Positions 24,891 to 37,066 of a DNA stretch of 64,000 nucleotides are shown here, piece by piece (within the stretch, counting starts at the first letter, position 1; each line of letters begins with the position of its first letter). The notes beneath the pieces are model-generated. The model saw only the letters and a list, made by a program, of their open reading frames with translations. It had not been told where the DNA came from and did not search any database. A program made the position numbers and the translations under genes. The DNA comes from Phyllosticta citribraziliensis (Eukaryota): NCBI RefSeq assembly GCF_038025025.1, contig NW_027117354.1:124001-188000 (forward strand). The letters are read 5' to 3'.

Positions 24891-25718
24891 GAACATGGTG
24901 GTCGGGGGTGGTGCCGTCTCTGGTCATTGAGACACCGAGATGGGTGGCGGTTCTGGGTGGTACTGTACTCCTGGCTGGTAGTTTTGGTCACCGCTGTATT
25001 TGATGAGCCAAGCTAGATGGAAATATCAAGAACGACATTGACTGCACACCATGTACGAAATGGGGTGATTTACTGACGAGCTCAATATTGGGCAACTTTG
25101 GCAACTGTCTTGCGACGTTTGAAGTTGTGCGGAGCGCCCGATTCGGCAAGGTGCCGAATGAGCCGGATGCGACCTTTGCACCGAACACCACCATCGTCTT
25201 GCCCATCACAGCGGGTATTCCAGGAGCAACGATATGAGCGGACATGTCGTCCAAGCATCAGTCACGCCCTCAATTATTGCGCAGTACTGACCTTGCAAGG
25301 AAGCGTGACCACCTGGGAGTTCTGGCGAATGGATTCGGCAAAAGAAACCATTCCAAATGTCTGATGCCTGTTTGCCAGTCAAATGTATCCACTTCCTGCA
25401 CATCTCACCCCACCATGAGCATCAAAATGGAGAATCCGACGAGATTCGAGCGCCTCCTTCGCGGTTGCGGATCGCAGTAAAGCCGTATTGTTTGGATAGA
25501 AAATAAATCAGCCAGCGCACATACGCCCGACGCACAACCCGTAGACGAAGAACCAAGCCAACAAGACTCAAAAAGTAATAAGACAAGCAAGAACGAAAGG
25601 CTATGCCGCCAGCATGCACCCGTTGCCAACCATGCCGCCATCCCATTATGCAAACCAAAAATGCAAGGCAAGAAAAGAACCAGCCGCCTACCAACACTGC
25701 ATGTATGCACGAATCCAA

Positions 25719-28700
25719 TCAAATACTACGACAGTCAGCACGGCACGTCAGTCAGCGGAAGCAGGCAGGACTTACTAGATTTCCAAGGGCGCAATCTGAT
25801 CGACAGCATAAAGCCAGCCGCCATTCGCCTCCTCCTTCTCCAGCCAGTCGTACGGCCAGGCAACTAGATGGCCCTGGACGAGCTCCAACAGCGTTTCGGC
25901 GTCCTCTTTGGGGAGCAGTGCGGCGTCGTCTTGGGCTTGGAAGGCCTTGAAGGAGCCGCGGGTGGGGGCGCGCTTGCGGCGGCGCTGGGAGCCGGATGGC
26001 TTGGGGTCGGAGACGAACGACTCGGAGGGCTCCTCTTCGTCGAGGTGGAGGTGGTCGTGGATCTTGTCGCCGACCTTTTCGCCGACGGACGACATTTGTT
26101 TGCCGGCTTCGTGGGCTTTCTTGTTGATGGTGGTGGCGGTGCCGGGGGGGCCCGTCTCCTTCTTCTCGCGCCTGTAGACGGTGCCCATGCTCTTGGCGAA
26201 GCGCTCCTCAAAGGCCACGTATTCGCGGTATTCTTTCCACGTGCGGACGTCGGAGTCGGGCATGCAGCGAAAGACTTGACGGTAGATTTTGGTATTGTTC
26301 TCGGCGACCGTGTGCCAGGTATCAATGTAGAAGGAGTCGTTGATGGGGTCGGCCATGCAATCGAGCGTGACGACAGGACGACGCATCGTGGCGAGGAGGG
26401 CATTGATGACTTCACTGCCTTTGGCGGTAAAGGCGTGAGCGACGGGAGGGCCACCAATATCAGTGTCGTCCTGAACGGGGAGAGCGGGGAGTTGGGAGAG
26501 TTGGGTGAGACCAGCATCGCGAGTATTCATGCGAGGCATCGGAGGGAGGGGTTCTGAAATGGTGCTGCTAGGCCGGCGGACACTCGGTATCTCAGGAACA
26601 GGGGCTTCAAGCCCACTCTCCTTTGCGATGAGCTCCTCTTCTGCGCGGTATTTGTTTTCAATAAGCTGCTGTTCAATGGTCGGATTACTCTCGACCGTAC
26701 CAAAACTTTCAACCGAGTCGGAAGTGGAAGGCCTGCAATCGACGTCCAACCCAAGATGCTCCCTCATCAGACGCATCCTCAGGGAGTGAGCAAACTTGCT
26801 GACCTTGTAGGGCTTTCCACCCATCATCGAGTCAATCATGTCGTAGTCGCGGACAATGGCAGCAACTTCCGAATCGCGGAAACCCAACATAGAGCGCTCG
26901 TTAATGTTTGCGGAGCCGATAATGACGACCCTGTCATCAACAATCATACACTTGGCATGAATGTAGAGTTGTTCGGTGGTGAGGGCCTTGTTCGGACCAA
27001 TCCTTCCCCAGGACCGGAGGGAATAAAACTCGACGTAGTCGGCAGGGTCGATTCCAGCAGACCGCAATCTGCCAAAGAGGGAGGATTCTCCACGACAAAT
27101 GCTGCGGTATTGCGACTGCATAATCAGGCGAACGCTGGTTCCATCCTGACTGTCGACGGTACTCTGGAAGCCAGGCATGAGGGGAATGATGATGATGGCT
27201 CTCCAGGCCTCCCCGTCCCGGTGAGCACGTTTGATGCGCTCTACCAAGGCGTCGTTGATCTTGTTGACAATCTTCTTTCCGTCCATTTCGCATGAACTGA
27301 CGAAGAATTGATTTTCAATGTATACAAAGTGATCGCTGGCTTGGATGCTCTTGACGTAGGCATTCATGATGCTACACTCGACACGATCCGGAGTGCCAAG
27401 AGACCACCGACTCGCGGAGCGCAACATCTGGATCTCGCAGGTACCATCAAGCCCCAGAGCTTTCAGGTCGGCAGGATTAAAGTCGGGAGGCGGTAGGAGG
27501 TAAGGAGTCGGACGGGAAGGTGGTTTGTCGCGGCGGAGATAGTTCCATCTTTGGACAAAATGTCTGGTCAAATCTCTGGCGGGTTGGCCAACAATCTGCA
27601 TGCCAATATCGTGCCATGGCATGCGAGGAACCTTTTCTCGATCATACATCTCCTCGTACGGCTTGTCCAGGGCATAAAAGTCGTGCACCCTAGGATTTGA
27701 GTAATCTTTGCCGGGCCACATTTGACAGTGGTCGGCATCCTTCGGGAGATGATTGTCCAACTCAAAACCAGTCAACTTGTCGTCGTTCAGAACGTGCTTC
27801 GGAGTATCCCATCTTCCAAAACACAAATCGACACCGCCGCAAAAGGCGACGGTATGATCGACGATGCAAATCTTTTCGTGATGAGCCCAGAAGAACTGAT
27901 TCTTCTTGAATTGATTTGGCGACCTCTGGAAGAAAACGTTGGGATGAAGATCGAGAAGAGACTCCTTGGTGTATCCAGAGTCGATGGGAATTGCGGACTC
28001 GACATTGCGGTAGACAATGACAAAAATCTTGACGCCTTCTTGAGCCTTGCGTTGGAGGAGACGATCCAATCTCCACTTTTGACTGATTGCAGGAGGTCTC
28101 CTCAAATACAGTTCCGGACTCAACCACCAGTCGTGAATGTAAATGACGTCCCTGGCCATGCTGATTGCTCTGGAGACGTTCCACATGTAATCCCTAGCGT
28201 CGACCAACCACTGAGCCCAGACGTTGTATCTGACCGGAGCAAAACTGTCGAATCGATGGGGCTTTGCCCATTCGGTTTGGGAAAGCATGAATTTGATCGA
28301 GTCTTGAAACTGAATCATTTGCCTTTCATTCTTGGCGAGCAACTTTAGCCTCCTCTCGGAATTGACGAGACGAAGTTGGTGGGCTTTGGGGTGCGCAGCA
28401 GACGTTTTTGCTTTGCTGGCCATCTCACGAGCCCCCTTCTTCTCGTCAATGTAAAAGTCGGGATCCACCAGAAAAACATCATAAATGTTCATCTCTTCCG
28501 GAGAGTCCACACAACAAATGTAGCTGTGTCGGACGAGAAACCATTTAGGCAAATGTTTTTGGTGAAAGTTCAAATTCCATCCACGTTGGTTGGCAGCCTT
28601 GGTGGATTGAATCATCATGAAGCCTTCCTTCCCATGATAACCTCCCTCCTGTGCGAGACGAACTCCAAGAGCAGACAACTCCAAAAACTTGCAAAGCCTG

Positions 28701-30385
28701 TTGGAGTCGGCACGAAAGATGACAAACGTGATGAGTTGTTGAAGATATTGTTCCAGCTTTTTTCGTTGTCGTTCTTGATAGGTAGTCTTCGCCGGTGGGA
28801 CCTGACCAAAAAAGCTACCGGTCCTAGCAGTCATTTCTCCAACGATTCCCGGCGTCTCAGGACTTCCCAAGGTGTGTCGAGATGATCGACGATTGTGCTT
28901 TTTCAAGGTCGGACGTTCTGTCCCGCTGGCCTCTCCATCCGTCACCACTGGCTCCTCCTCTTCATCTTCCTGATCATCCTCCATGAGACCACGCATTCCT
29001 CTCACGTAGGGAAGCACACTTCTCGGAAAGCGAGGAAGTTGACTGCGATGCTCCTCGCCTCTGAAGCGAACGTATTTTTCCTTGGTAATGGCAGTTTTGT
29101 ACTTGAGGTGCAAATTGGCAAAGTCACGGACCGTCCGGTGAATGACCCACTTCATACGTGTAATGCCGCTGCCGTATTCCAGTTCCATCCTGAAGCTGTA
29201 GTGACGATCTCCAGCCTTGTCGCTGATTTTTGAGCTGTCGGTAATTCGAACCTTGAGCTGCTCCATCAAGATTGGAACTCGCTTGTGTCCATGTTCATCC
29301 CGTTGGAACATGCTTGCGAGGAAAAGAGCCGCAGGTGCACCAGCAAGCAATTCCGCAACCAACTCCGCCGACTTGGCGTGGTCGATTCGATTTTCTTCCT
29401 TTCGCTGCTTTCCCAACATCTTCAAGCCTTGTTTGAGTTGACGCCACTTTTGCGCGCTGATGCTGGTGGTCCTCTCACTCCGTTGTTTCCATGCCGAAGG
29501 AGAATCCGAGCCATCCATGCGGGCGATTCCAGTAAAACGTCGGAGATGGCTTGGTCGTCGAGGTCCATCAGAGTCGTGCGCATCAGGCCTGCGCCCAGAA
29601 AAGCTCAGTCGTCGACGACCATGCAATCCTCTTCTCCATGCACTCTCCTTGGCCAACATGTCGCGACCCTCATCCTCCGACAAGCCCATGCGTTGATTTT
29701 CGGGAATGTCACCCATGGTTCCGCGCCGCGCAAAAGGAGGGCGGTATCCTGCAACGGTGTTCGGGGTATCTGCAGGGGAATCTCGAAAGTTGTTGGTCTT
29801 TGGTGTTGAAGGGGCCGGATCGACGCGTCGAGTCTTTCGTCTCGTCCTTGCTGGTCTGGCTGGCCCCTCTCCTGCGCTCTCATCATCCGCCTCTCCCTCG
29901 CTCACATCGTACTGTGGTTGAGATCTTTCCGACTCTGGCGACAGAGGTCCATTCGGCGTAATCTCCCCAGCCGGTCCATCGCCAATTGTAAAACCGCTTA
30001 TGCTTCTATTATGACCTTGCAGAGGGTTCAGGGCTTTGATTCTATCAATCAACTTGGATCGGGAGCGGTCCTCCTCTTCTATCGAGTGTTGGCGAGAATG
30101 CGGGTTTGAAGCAGGATCTTGGGTCGAGTTGCGAGCGAATTGAACGCTTCGGCGGGGCGTCCCAGGAAAGTCGGTAGGGTCGGCGACTTGGTGGAAGCTG
30201 GGCGAGGGTTCGAGGTTGGGTTTGTCCGAATTAAAGGGGAATCCAGGTTGAAGGACTGCTGGAATTTGGTTTGCACCCAAATTTTGTTCGTATCGTAGAG
30301 GAGAGCGCGCGCGATCGTCTCCTTTGGGAGAATTGGAGCGAGGACTTGACATGGGAGAGAGGCTGGAGTCGCGAGTGTCTGCCAT
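25719..30385 (-). CDS. PLD1: Phospholipase D1 (Spo14/Pld1 type; PX, PH and two HKD domains)
   Basis: HHEKICIVD and HAKCMIVD HKD motifs, IHDWWLSPELYLRRP, PRMPWHD, GSANINERS. Likely start MADTRDSS at 30385. A terminal intron at 25775-25726 gives the C-terminus LEIYI*. Confidence 0.96.
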
Positions 30386-30642
30386 GCCGATGCGGGCGAG
30401 TGGGCGACCTCGCAGTAGACGTGGGCCTGACCGAACGAGGAGAACGAGACTGACCGAACAAGGAGACGTGGACCTGACCGAACGAGGACGACGTGCCTCG
30501 CAGGAGTATTTAGCGACGACCCCTAGATGTATGGTAAGGGATGTAATCTCGTCGGTGGCAGCGAGTGGCAGCGGATGACGCGCGAGCCGAGGGAATCTCC
30601 GCTCGCCGCACCCGCCACCACCACCACCACACAACCACCACC

Positions 30643-31637
30643 ATGGAGGTATCGCAATCCACCTTTACCATCGCTGGAATACTCACTACCGTCCATGGAC
30701 TTGATCAACTCCCTCCTCAACCGTCCTCCGTGGCCTGCCTCTGGCTTCTACACCCCCGACTCCAAACAAAAGAATGCATGGCACCTCTAGCCTCTCAAGC
30801 CATTCAGGCGTGGAATTCTCGTCAAACGACGTCTGGTCTCATCGCCGTAAGCTTCGACCAGCGAAACCACGGATCGCGCAAGGTCGACGGGGTTGCCAAT
30901 GAGGATTGGCGAGGTGGAAATCCCAGACACGCTCAGGACATGTTTTCTATATATCGTACGCCCCCGCTTGATCCTACCGCGCGCGCGCCCCTGCTGATCA
31001 TACAGACGGTACTGCAACCGATACCTCGCTCCTCCTATCCTATCTCCCGGCTTACATCTCCCTAACCCCCTCTCAACACTTGGTTCTCGGCCAATCGTTG
31101 GGGGGTCATGCGACTTGGCATTGCGTGTTGCATGAACCGCGGATTTCCACCGCCATCTCCATCATCGGTTGCCCGGACTATACTGCATTGATGGAACAAC
31201 GAGCCGCGAAATCCAAGCTGCCGTCGGACCTCGTAGGGTCGCAAAACTTCCCTCAAGCCTTGGTTGAAGCGGTTGGCCAATGGGATCCCGCCGGATCTTT
31301 GATGCGCCGATTGTCGAATGCGGAGTCTCCCACGCCGATAGAAAAGGAGAGGTTGCGAGCTCACATGTGGGCCAATCTTCAGGGCAAGAGGTTGTTGAAT
31401 CTCTCTGGTGGTGCAGACAAGTTGGTTCCGTACGAGTGCGGGGAAGCCTTTTTGCAATTCTTCAAAAAGACCATCCAAGAGGACCCTCGACTTGCCTTTG
31501 AATTTGAGGACTTGGTATTTGAAGGGGTGGGCCACGAGACGACACCGAAAATGGCCGAAATCGCCGTCAATTTCATCTGCGACAGCATAGCCAGCGACAG
31601 GCCGGTGACTTCTCGAGTCAAGACTTCGAAAATATAA
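30643..31637 (+). CDS. Alpha/beta-hydrolase fold protein
   Basis: FDQRNHG, nucleophile elbow GQSLGG, Asp in GGADKLVP, His in GVGHET. Intron 30956-31005 joins the two ORFs. Confidence 0.88.
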
Positions 31638-31644
31638 TGGCTAT

Positions 31645-32952
31645 CTACTTCTGCAACAGACTCAATGCTTGACTGGCCAGTGGTGTTGGACAGTTGACTT
31701 TTCTCGCAGCAGAAATGGCCTCGGCCAAGTCTTTTCTAATCTTGGTGTCGCTCGAGGTCTGACCTTGAATCATTTCGAGTCCCTTTTCACGAAATTGGAT
31801 GCTTCCACCTGCAGCATTTGAAGCCAGTTCGTGGAATTGCAGGAGGTCGAGGTTGAGGAATCGAGCAAAATCAATGGCCTCTGCAGCGGCACAAATCAAA
31901 ACTCCACGAAGCAGCTTGAAGACTAGCTCCACTTTTGCGTCCTCTTCGACCTTGACGGATTTGACAGGCTCGGGATAGTACAGGCGAATCATGGAAGCAT
32001 CATCTAGTCGACCCATTCCTTGACCGAGAGCGACGAGATACATGCTCTCTGCAGCAGCTGAGAGAGGAGTTGGAAAGTCGAGAAGACGAGCCATGGAAGT
32101 GATGATGCCCTGATACGTCAGCCAGAATTCAAACTTCAACGACAAACTTACTGCATCTTTCAGGATAATGGTTATTGCACTCGCACCAGGCACATAGTCC
32201 TCCTCAATCAACCTCGGCACCCGATTCTCAAACATCCAACACCAGGTGTCGCTCTTGTTGACGGCTTCGTACGTCTTTTGTGGGTCCAATCCCAACCTCG
32301 CCGCAAATCCCATGGCCTCGCTGGACAACAGAATGTGTACGGCTGCGAGGACTTGGTGGACCATTTTCAAGTTGCTGCCACTTCCAACTCCACCTGGAAC
32401 GTACAAACTCTTGGGATCGGACATTTCTTCGAGCAACCACTTTGCCTTTTCGAGAGCCTCGGGTTCAGCACCGGCCATGATGGTCAGCGTACCATTGGCA
32501 GCTCGCTGGACTCCACCAGAAACGGGAGCGTCAACGAAGAAAATGTCACTCTTCCCAGACTTCAACTCCTTTGCTACCGACTCGGCATAGGAAGCAGGGA
32601 CAGTCGAGCAGAGGAGCAATGTGGCGCCCTGTGGCAGTGCTACAGAAAATCAATTCCCCAAATAGGCAGTTTACGAGTCAGACGTACCCTTTACGACACC
32701 ATTTTCTCCAAACAGCGCTTCCTGTGCTTGGTCGGCCGACGCAACCATGACGACGTAAAAGGGAGAGTCGGTAGCAGAGTCGACGAGAGATGATGCAGCT
32801 ACACCTCCGGCTGCTTGAAATCTCTCGACGCTCGCAGGGAACACGTCGAAGCCTTTGACGTGGTAGCCTTGGTTGACGAGGTTGGTGGCCATGCCGAAGC
32901 CCATGGCCCCCAGGCCGACGAAGCCAATGCTGGGCTTATTCTGCGACGCCAT
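31645..32952 (-). CDS. Beta-hydroxyacid dehydrogenase (3-hydroxyisobutyrate DH family), L-threonate dehydrogenase LtnD/YgbJ-like, with a second C-terminal helical domain
   Basis: GFVGLGAMG Rossmann motif, DAPVSGG, GSNLKMVHQVLAAVH with the catalytic Lys, and WMFENR..DY. Introns 32687-32640 and 32151-32110. Confidence 0.9.
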
Positions 32953-33407
32953 TGAAAACAAAAACACAATTGATCTATACCATCCATTTCACCAACAGCG
33001 AGAGGCGTCGTTTTGTAGCGGCGAGAAGTGCGCGGTGTTTTGTCCGGGCGGGTACCCCACAGTTTGGTCCCCCGCAGTTCCGTGACGTTGTGGAGGCGGC
33101 CTTCTCTCCGGCGACACCGTCCCCCGTTGTCGGCGTTTGTCGAGCGAACCATTGCCGATCCAACCGTTGTTTGCGACCCTCCTCCAAACAATAATGGCTC
33201 CACCTGCTTCTCGGACCATGCTCGCCAGAGCTGTGCCTCGTCCTGTTTTGTTCGGGCGAGAGCTCCGCGGGCGGGGTGCGCTATATCCTGCAGACTGAAC
33301 TCGACCACCCGCCGCTATATCCTAACCTCTGACCTCGACCATCCGCCATTCTTTGCAGACGACCTCTCAACACTCTCCTCGACCACCGCCTCCTCCAACT
33401 CGCCAAC
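32953..33407. promoter_or_regulatory. Shared divergent promoter of the dehydrogenase and aldolase genes
   Basis: 455 bp between head-to-head ATGs. Several SYGGRG (CreA-type) matches (33055-60, 33070-75, 33090-95, 33271-76) and CGG-N8/9-CCG elements. These motifs are short and the DNA is GC-rich. Confidence 0.5.
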
Positions 33408-34310
33408 ATGTCTCTCAAACTCCAAACCAACCGCGCAATCCCCCTCCTCGAAGACGCCTACACGCGCAAGTACGCCGTGCCCGCCATGTGCTGCTACAAC
33501 ACCGAAGGCATCCTCGCCACGATCCGCGCCGCCGAAGCCAAACGCTCGCCCGCCATGCTGCTCCTCTTCCCGTGGGCCATCGAGTACGCCGGCGGGCTGC
33601 TCGTCCAGCTCGCCGCCACCGCCGCCCGCGCCGCCTCCGTCCCCGTCACCCTGCACCTCGACCACGCCCAGTCGCCCGCCATGGTGCGCCGCGCCGCCGA
33701 CCTCGCGCCCGGCTTCGACAGCATCATGATCGACATGTCGCACTACGAGCGCGAGCGCAACCTCGAGCTGACGCGCGAGCTGGCGGCGTACTGCGCCGCG
33801 CGCGGCATCGCGACCGAGGCCGAGCCCGGCCGCATCGAGGGCGGCGAGGACGGCGTCGACGACACGGCGGACCTGGAGGCCGTCCTGACGACGCCGGCGG
33901 ACGCGCTCGAGTTCGCCGAGACGGGCATCGACTGGCTGGCGCCGGCCTTCGGCAACGTGCACGGCGCGTACGGGCCGCGGGGCATCGTGCTGGAGTACGA
34001 CCGCCTCGCCGCGATCCGCGAGGCCGTCGGCGACCGCGTCAAGCTGGTGCTGCACGGCGCGGACCCGATGACGGGCGAGCACTTCGGCCGGTGCGTGGCC
34101 GAGGGCGGCGTGGCCAAGGTCAACATCAACAAGGTGCTGAACGGCCCGTGTACGGCCGTGTGGGCCGAGTGGGCGGGCAAGCGGCCGCTGACGGCCGTCA
34201 TCGAGGAGGCGACGGACCGCATGCAGGCGGCGGTCGAGGGGTGCATGGATTTGTTGGGCAGCACGGGCAAGGCGGACAATATGACGGCGACGGTGCCGGG
34301 GAGGCATTAG
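33408..34310 (+). CDS. Class II (metal-dependent) ketose-bisphosphate aldolase family protein, intronless
   Basis: LHLDHA, FDSIMIDMSH, EAEPGRIEGGED, LAPAFGNVHG, VLHG and AKVNIN motifs. Confidence 0.93.
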   Translation: MSLKLQTNRAIPLLEDAYTRKYAVPAMCCYNTEGILATIRAAEAKRSPAMLLLFPWAIEYAGGLLVQLAATAARAASVPVTLHLDHAQSPAMVRRAADLAPGFDSIMIDMSHYERERNLELTRELAAYCAARGIATEAEPGRIEGGEDGVDDTADLEAVLTTPADALEFAETGIDWLAPAFGNVHGAYGPRGIVLEYDRLAAIREAVGDRVKLVLHGADPMTGEHFGRCVAEGGVAKVNINKVLNGPCTAVWAEWAGKRPLTAVIEEATDRMQAAVEGCMDLLGSTGKADNMTATVPGRH

Positions 34311-34867
34311 GGGGATGGAGGGCGTGGCATGATCATGATGAGACGGCCGTAGCATACCCAGCTATACATTCTGCATGAGTCTGGACAGCGAGGACGCCAG
34401 CGAAGCGAAGGCGCGGAGACAGGACGTATCTCCCACCGTTCACGAGTAGGCAGCGTATCCAAGCAGACTTGCAAAGCAGGCGATAGGGGCAGAATGAGTC
34501 GACGTATGGAGAACAAGGAAACTAACAGAGAAGTCTCGTAGATATGTGAGTAAATGGTAAGAGAGTCTATAACGCACGCAACCACGCCAAACACAAAAAA
34601 ACGGGAGCATGTCGTAGGCAATGTAGATTTGCAAAAGGACCATCCACACGTCGCTCCCTCAGCCACACCGGCTGAATCCCACCAAGCAGCGCAAACGCCA
34701 GAACCAAGTGCAAGCAACGCAAACGCAGACACGGGAAGAGTTCGTTTCGGACTCGTGAGTCGGCAATGGTCGGTGGATGGATGGATATGTAGTGACAAGA
34801 AGGCAGTGGAGGAGCAGGGAGAAAAGCCGTTTGTCAACGATTCAACTGGTTACCGTCGACGCAAGCA

Positions 34868-35684
34868 TTACATGGCCATCTCGGCCTGCAACTTCCGCAA
34901 CTCCTCTTCCTCGTCGTCTTCCTGCACTGGCGCTTTGCCCCGAACTGTCAAGTCAGCAAGAATACTCTCGACGTGTATAGATCGATACTCACTCTCTCCC
35001 TGCGCCACCGAGGGTAATCTCGACACCTTGTCGGTGACCGGCACGTTGCCCGTCTCCAACATCTTGTTGTCCAACTCCTCCTGCTGCAGCTCGGCCAGCT
35101 CCTCGTCGAGCTCGTCTTCGTCGAGCGCCTGGTTGCCCATGGGCTGCCCGATGGCTTCTGATATTTCCTCGCCAATGGCGTGCTGTTCGCGGAGTTGTTC
35201 CCTGGCCACGTTAGCAGAATCTTGGGGGAATCTGACAAGACGTACATTGTTTGGTCGACCTTGTCGATGGTCAGGCCGGCGTGGATTTGCTGCATGGCCG
35301 CTCCGGCATTCTTCATGGCGTCCAGCGTCTCCTTGTTGATATTTGCCGTCTCGATGCTGTAGATTTCTCGCTCGAGCGTCATAATCTGCGACGAGGTCTG
35401 GTCGAGCGAGTGTTCAAACTGCTTCTTGCGCCTCAAGGCCGCCTTTGCCACTATTCCAAGTCAGCCCAGCCCCACCTTCACCTATCGTATTGGGACTCAC
35501 CGTTCTTGTTTGCGCTCACGTTTTTCCGTGCTATGGCGTCTTGCTCGTCAATCTGGTGCTGCAGGTGCTTCTCCCGCTTCGACAGCATCTCCAACTGCCC
35601 GCGCAGCTGCAAAATGGCATTCTTGGGGGCATCCTTCTTCTTGGTCGCGCCGCCGCCGAACCATCCGAGGCCCCAGCCCGACAT
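34868..35684 (-). CDS. SNF7: ESCRT-III subunit Snf7/Vps32, four exons
   Basis: WFGG..KKDAPKNAILQLRGQLEMLSKREKHL, AKAALRRKK, IETANINKETL, LDEDELDEELAELQQEELD and C-terminal EELRKLQAEMAM. Three GT-AG introns. Confidence 0.95.
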
Positions 35685-36006
35685 GGTGTTGCGTTCTCAA
35701 GGCCGTGAGACGTTTGTGGGGTTGCCGGTGTGGAGTGGGGTCGGGCGTGACTGTGCGGCGTCGGCAGCCGGGACGGTGGATAGAGATGGCGACGGCGTTG
35801 AGAGAGACGGAGGGGAGGCCGAGGAGGTGAGGAGACGGACGTGTTGAGGCGAGTGGAGATGTTGAAGATGGTTATCGGGCGGTCATGTTGGCGAAGCACA
35901 AGGAAGCGGGACCTGATGATGCGCAGGTAGGCCCGGTGGCACGTGCGTCAGCCAGCCAGCCCAGGTCGCCTCCGCGGTGGGCTCAACACCACGACAATGG
36001 CTCGAC

Positions 36007-36436
36007 ATGAATGGCCCTACACCCAGCCAGCTCATCCTCCTTTCGGACCTGAGGTCGATGGACAAGGCCACCAAGGTCCGCTTTCTGGGATGGTAAGATA
36101 CGTTCTGGCGCCCACCTCGTCCCTACTAACCCTAGCAGCGTAGAGAGATACGACGTAACGAATGGAATCCTCATCCTCAAACACGCATATCCCACCATCC
36201 TCCCACCCATCGATGCATACGTCAATGTTGAGCACGTCCTCGAGTCGGCCCACTCCACGGATTTGCAGACGGGAGCTTGGGTCAATATTGTGGGCTACGT
36301 CGGAACCAAATCGCGGGACAAAGTCCACGTGCAGGCCATCATGATGTGGGCAGCCGGACCGCTCAAGCTGGACGAATACGAAAAGGCAGTCGACGCGCGC
36401 AAACTGTGCGACATTGTCGGCCAGTACCAAGCATGA
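36007..36436 (+). CDS. TEN1: Ten1, OB-fold subunit of the CST telomere-capping complex
   Basis: Missed by the ORF track. Intron 36093-36138 (GTAAGA...CTAAC...TAGCAG). Product MNGPTPSQLILLSDL..KVRFLGCVERYDVTNGILILKH...LQTGAWVNIVGYV...VQAIMMWAAGPLKLDEYE matches the recalled fungal Ten1 pattern. Confidence 0.85.
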
Positions 36437-36486
36437 CCACGCCTACCCACGTCTACCGCGTCTAGGTCTAGTATCCATCCGGGTAT

Positions 36487-37066
36487 TTACTCCTCCAAAT
36501 GCTTCAAAAAGTTCTCCGAAAACCTCTTGACCTGAACGTACGCCTTTTCAAAGCCATCGTTGCCGCCGTAGTACGGATCCCGCACGACCTCGTCCTGCTT
36601 GCTTCGTCTGCCCTCGCCGGCAAACGCTCCAAACAGCATGACCTTGCCCATGTGGCTCGCCTCGGCCTCCTTGCCCTGCCTCTTGAGCTCCTTCTCGCGC
36701 CTCTCGCGCAGCTCCTCCAGATCCTCCAGGTTCTCCTTGTCCATGGCGAAGATGTAGTCAAAGGTGTGAAAGTCGTCGGGATAGGCAAACTTGCGCGCTC
36801 GATGGGTGTAGTCGGTGATGCCGTGGGCATTGAGGGTGGACAGGGTGCGCGAATCGGGAAGCGAGCCGACGTGGTAGGCTCCGGTGCCGCAAGAGTCGAC
36901 TTTGGCAATGGAGGGATGAGGGGGATGTTGGGTCAGGCTGCGAAAGACTCCTTCTGCCATGGTTGAGCGGCCTGACATGTTAGCCGAAGCCGCGACGAGG
37001 TTGACATGGCGTACAGATGTTGCCGAGGCAGACAAAGAGGACGGAGACGGGTTTCTTGTCTGTCAT
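36487..37066 (-). CDS. LTP1: Low-molecular-weight protein tyrosine phosphatase
   Basis: P-loop VLFVCLGNICRS rebuilt across intron 37014-36972; DSCGTGAYH, FDYIFAMD and DPYYGG motifs. Confidence 0.95.

Noticed and set aside
30386..30634. 83-aa N-terminal extension of the PLD ORF
   Set aside because: Non-ATG start that runs through the promoter almost to the hydrolase ATG; Met at 30385 is more plausible.
33315..34378. Long alternative-frame and antisense ORFs over the aldolase gene
   Set aside because: Shadow ORFs caused by extreme GC3; only 33408-34310 carries family motifs.
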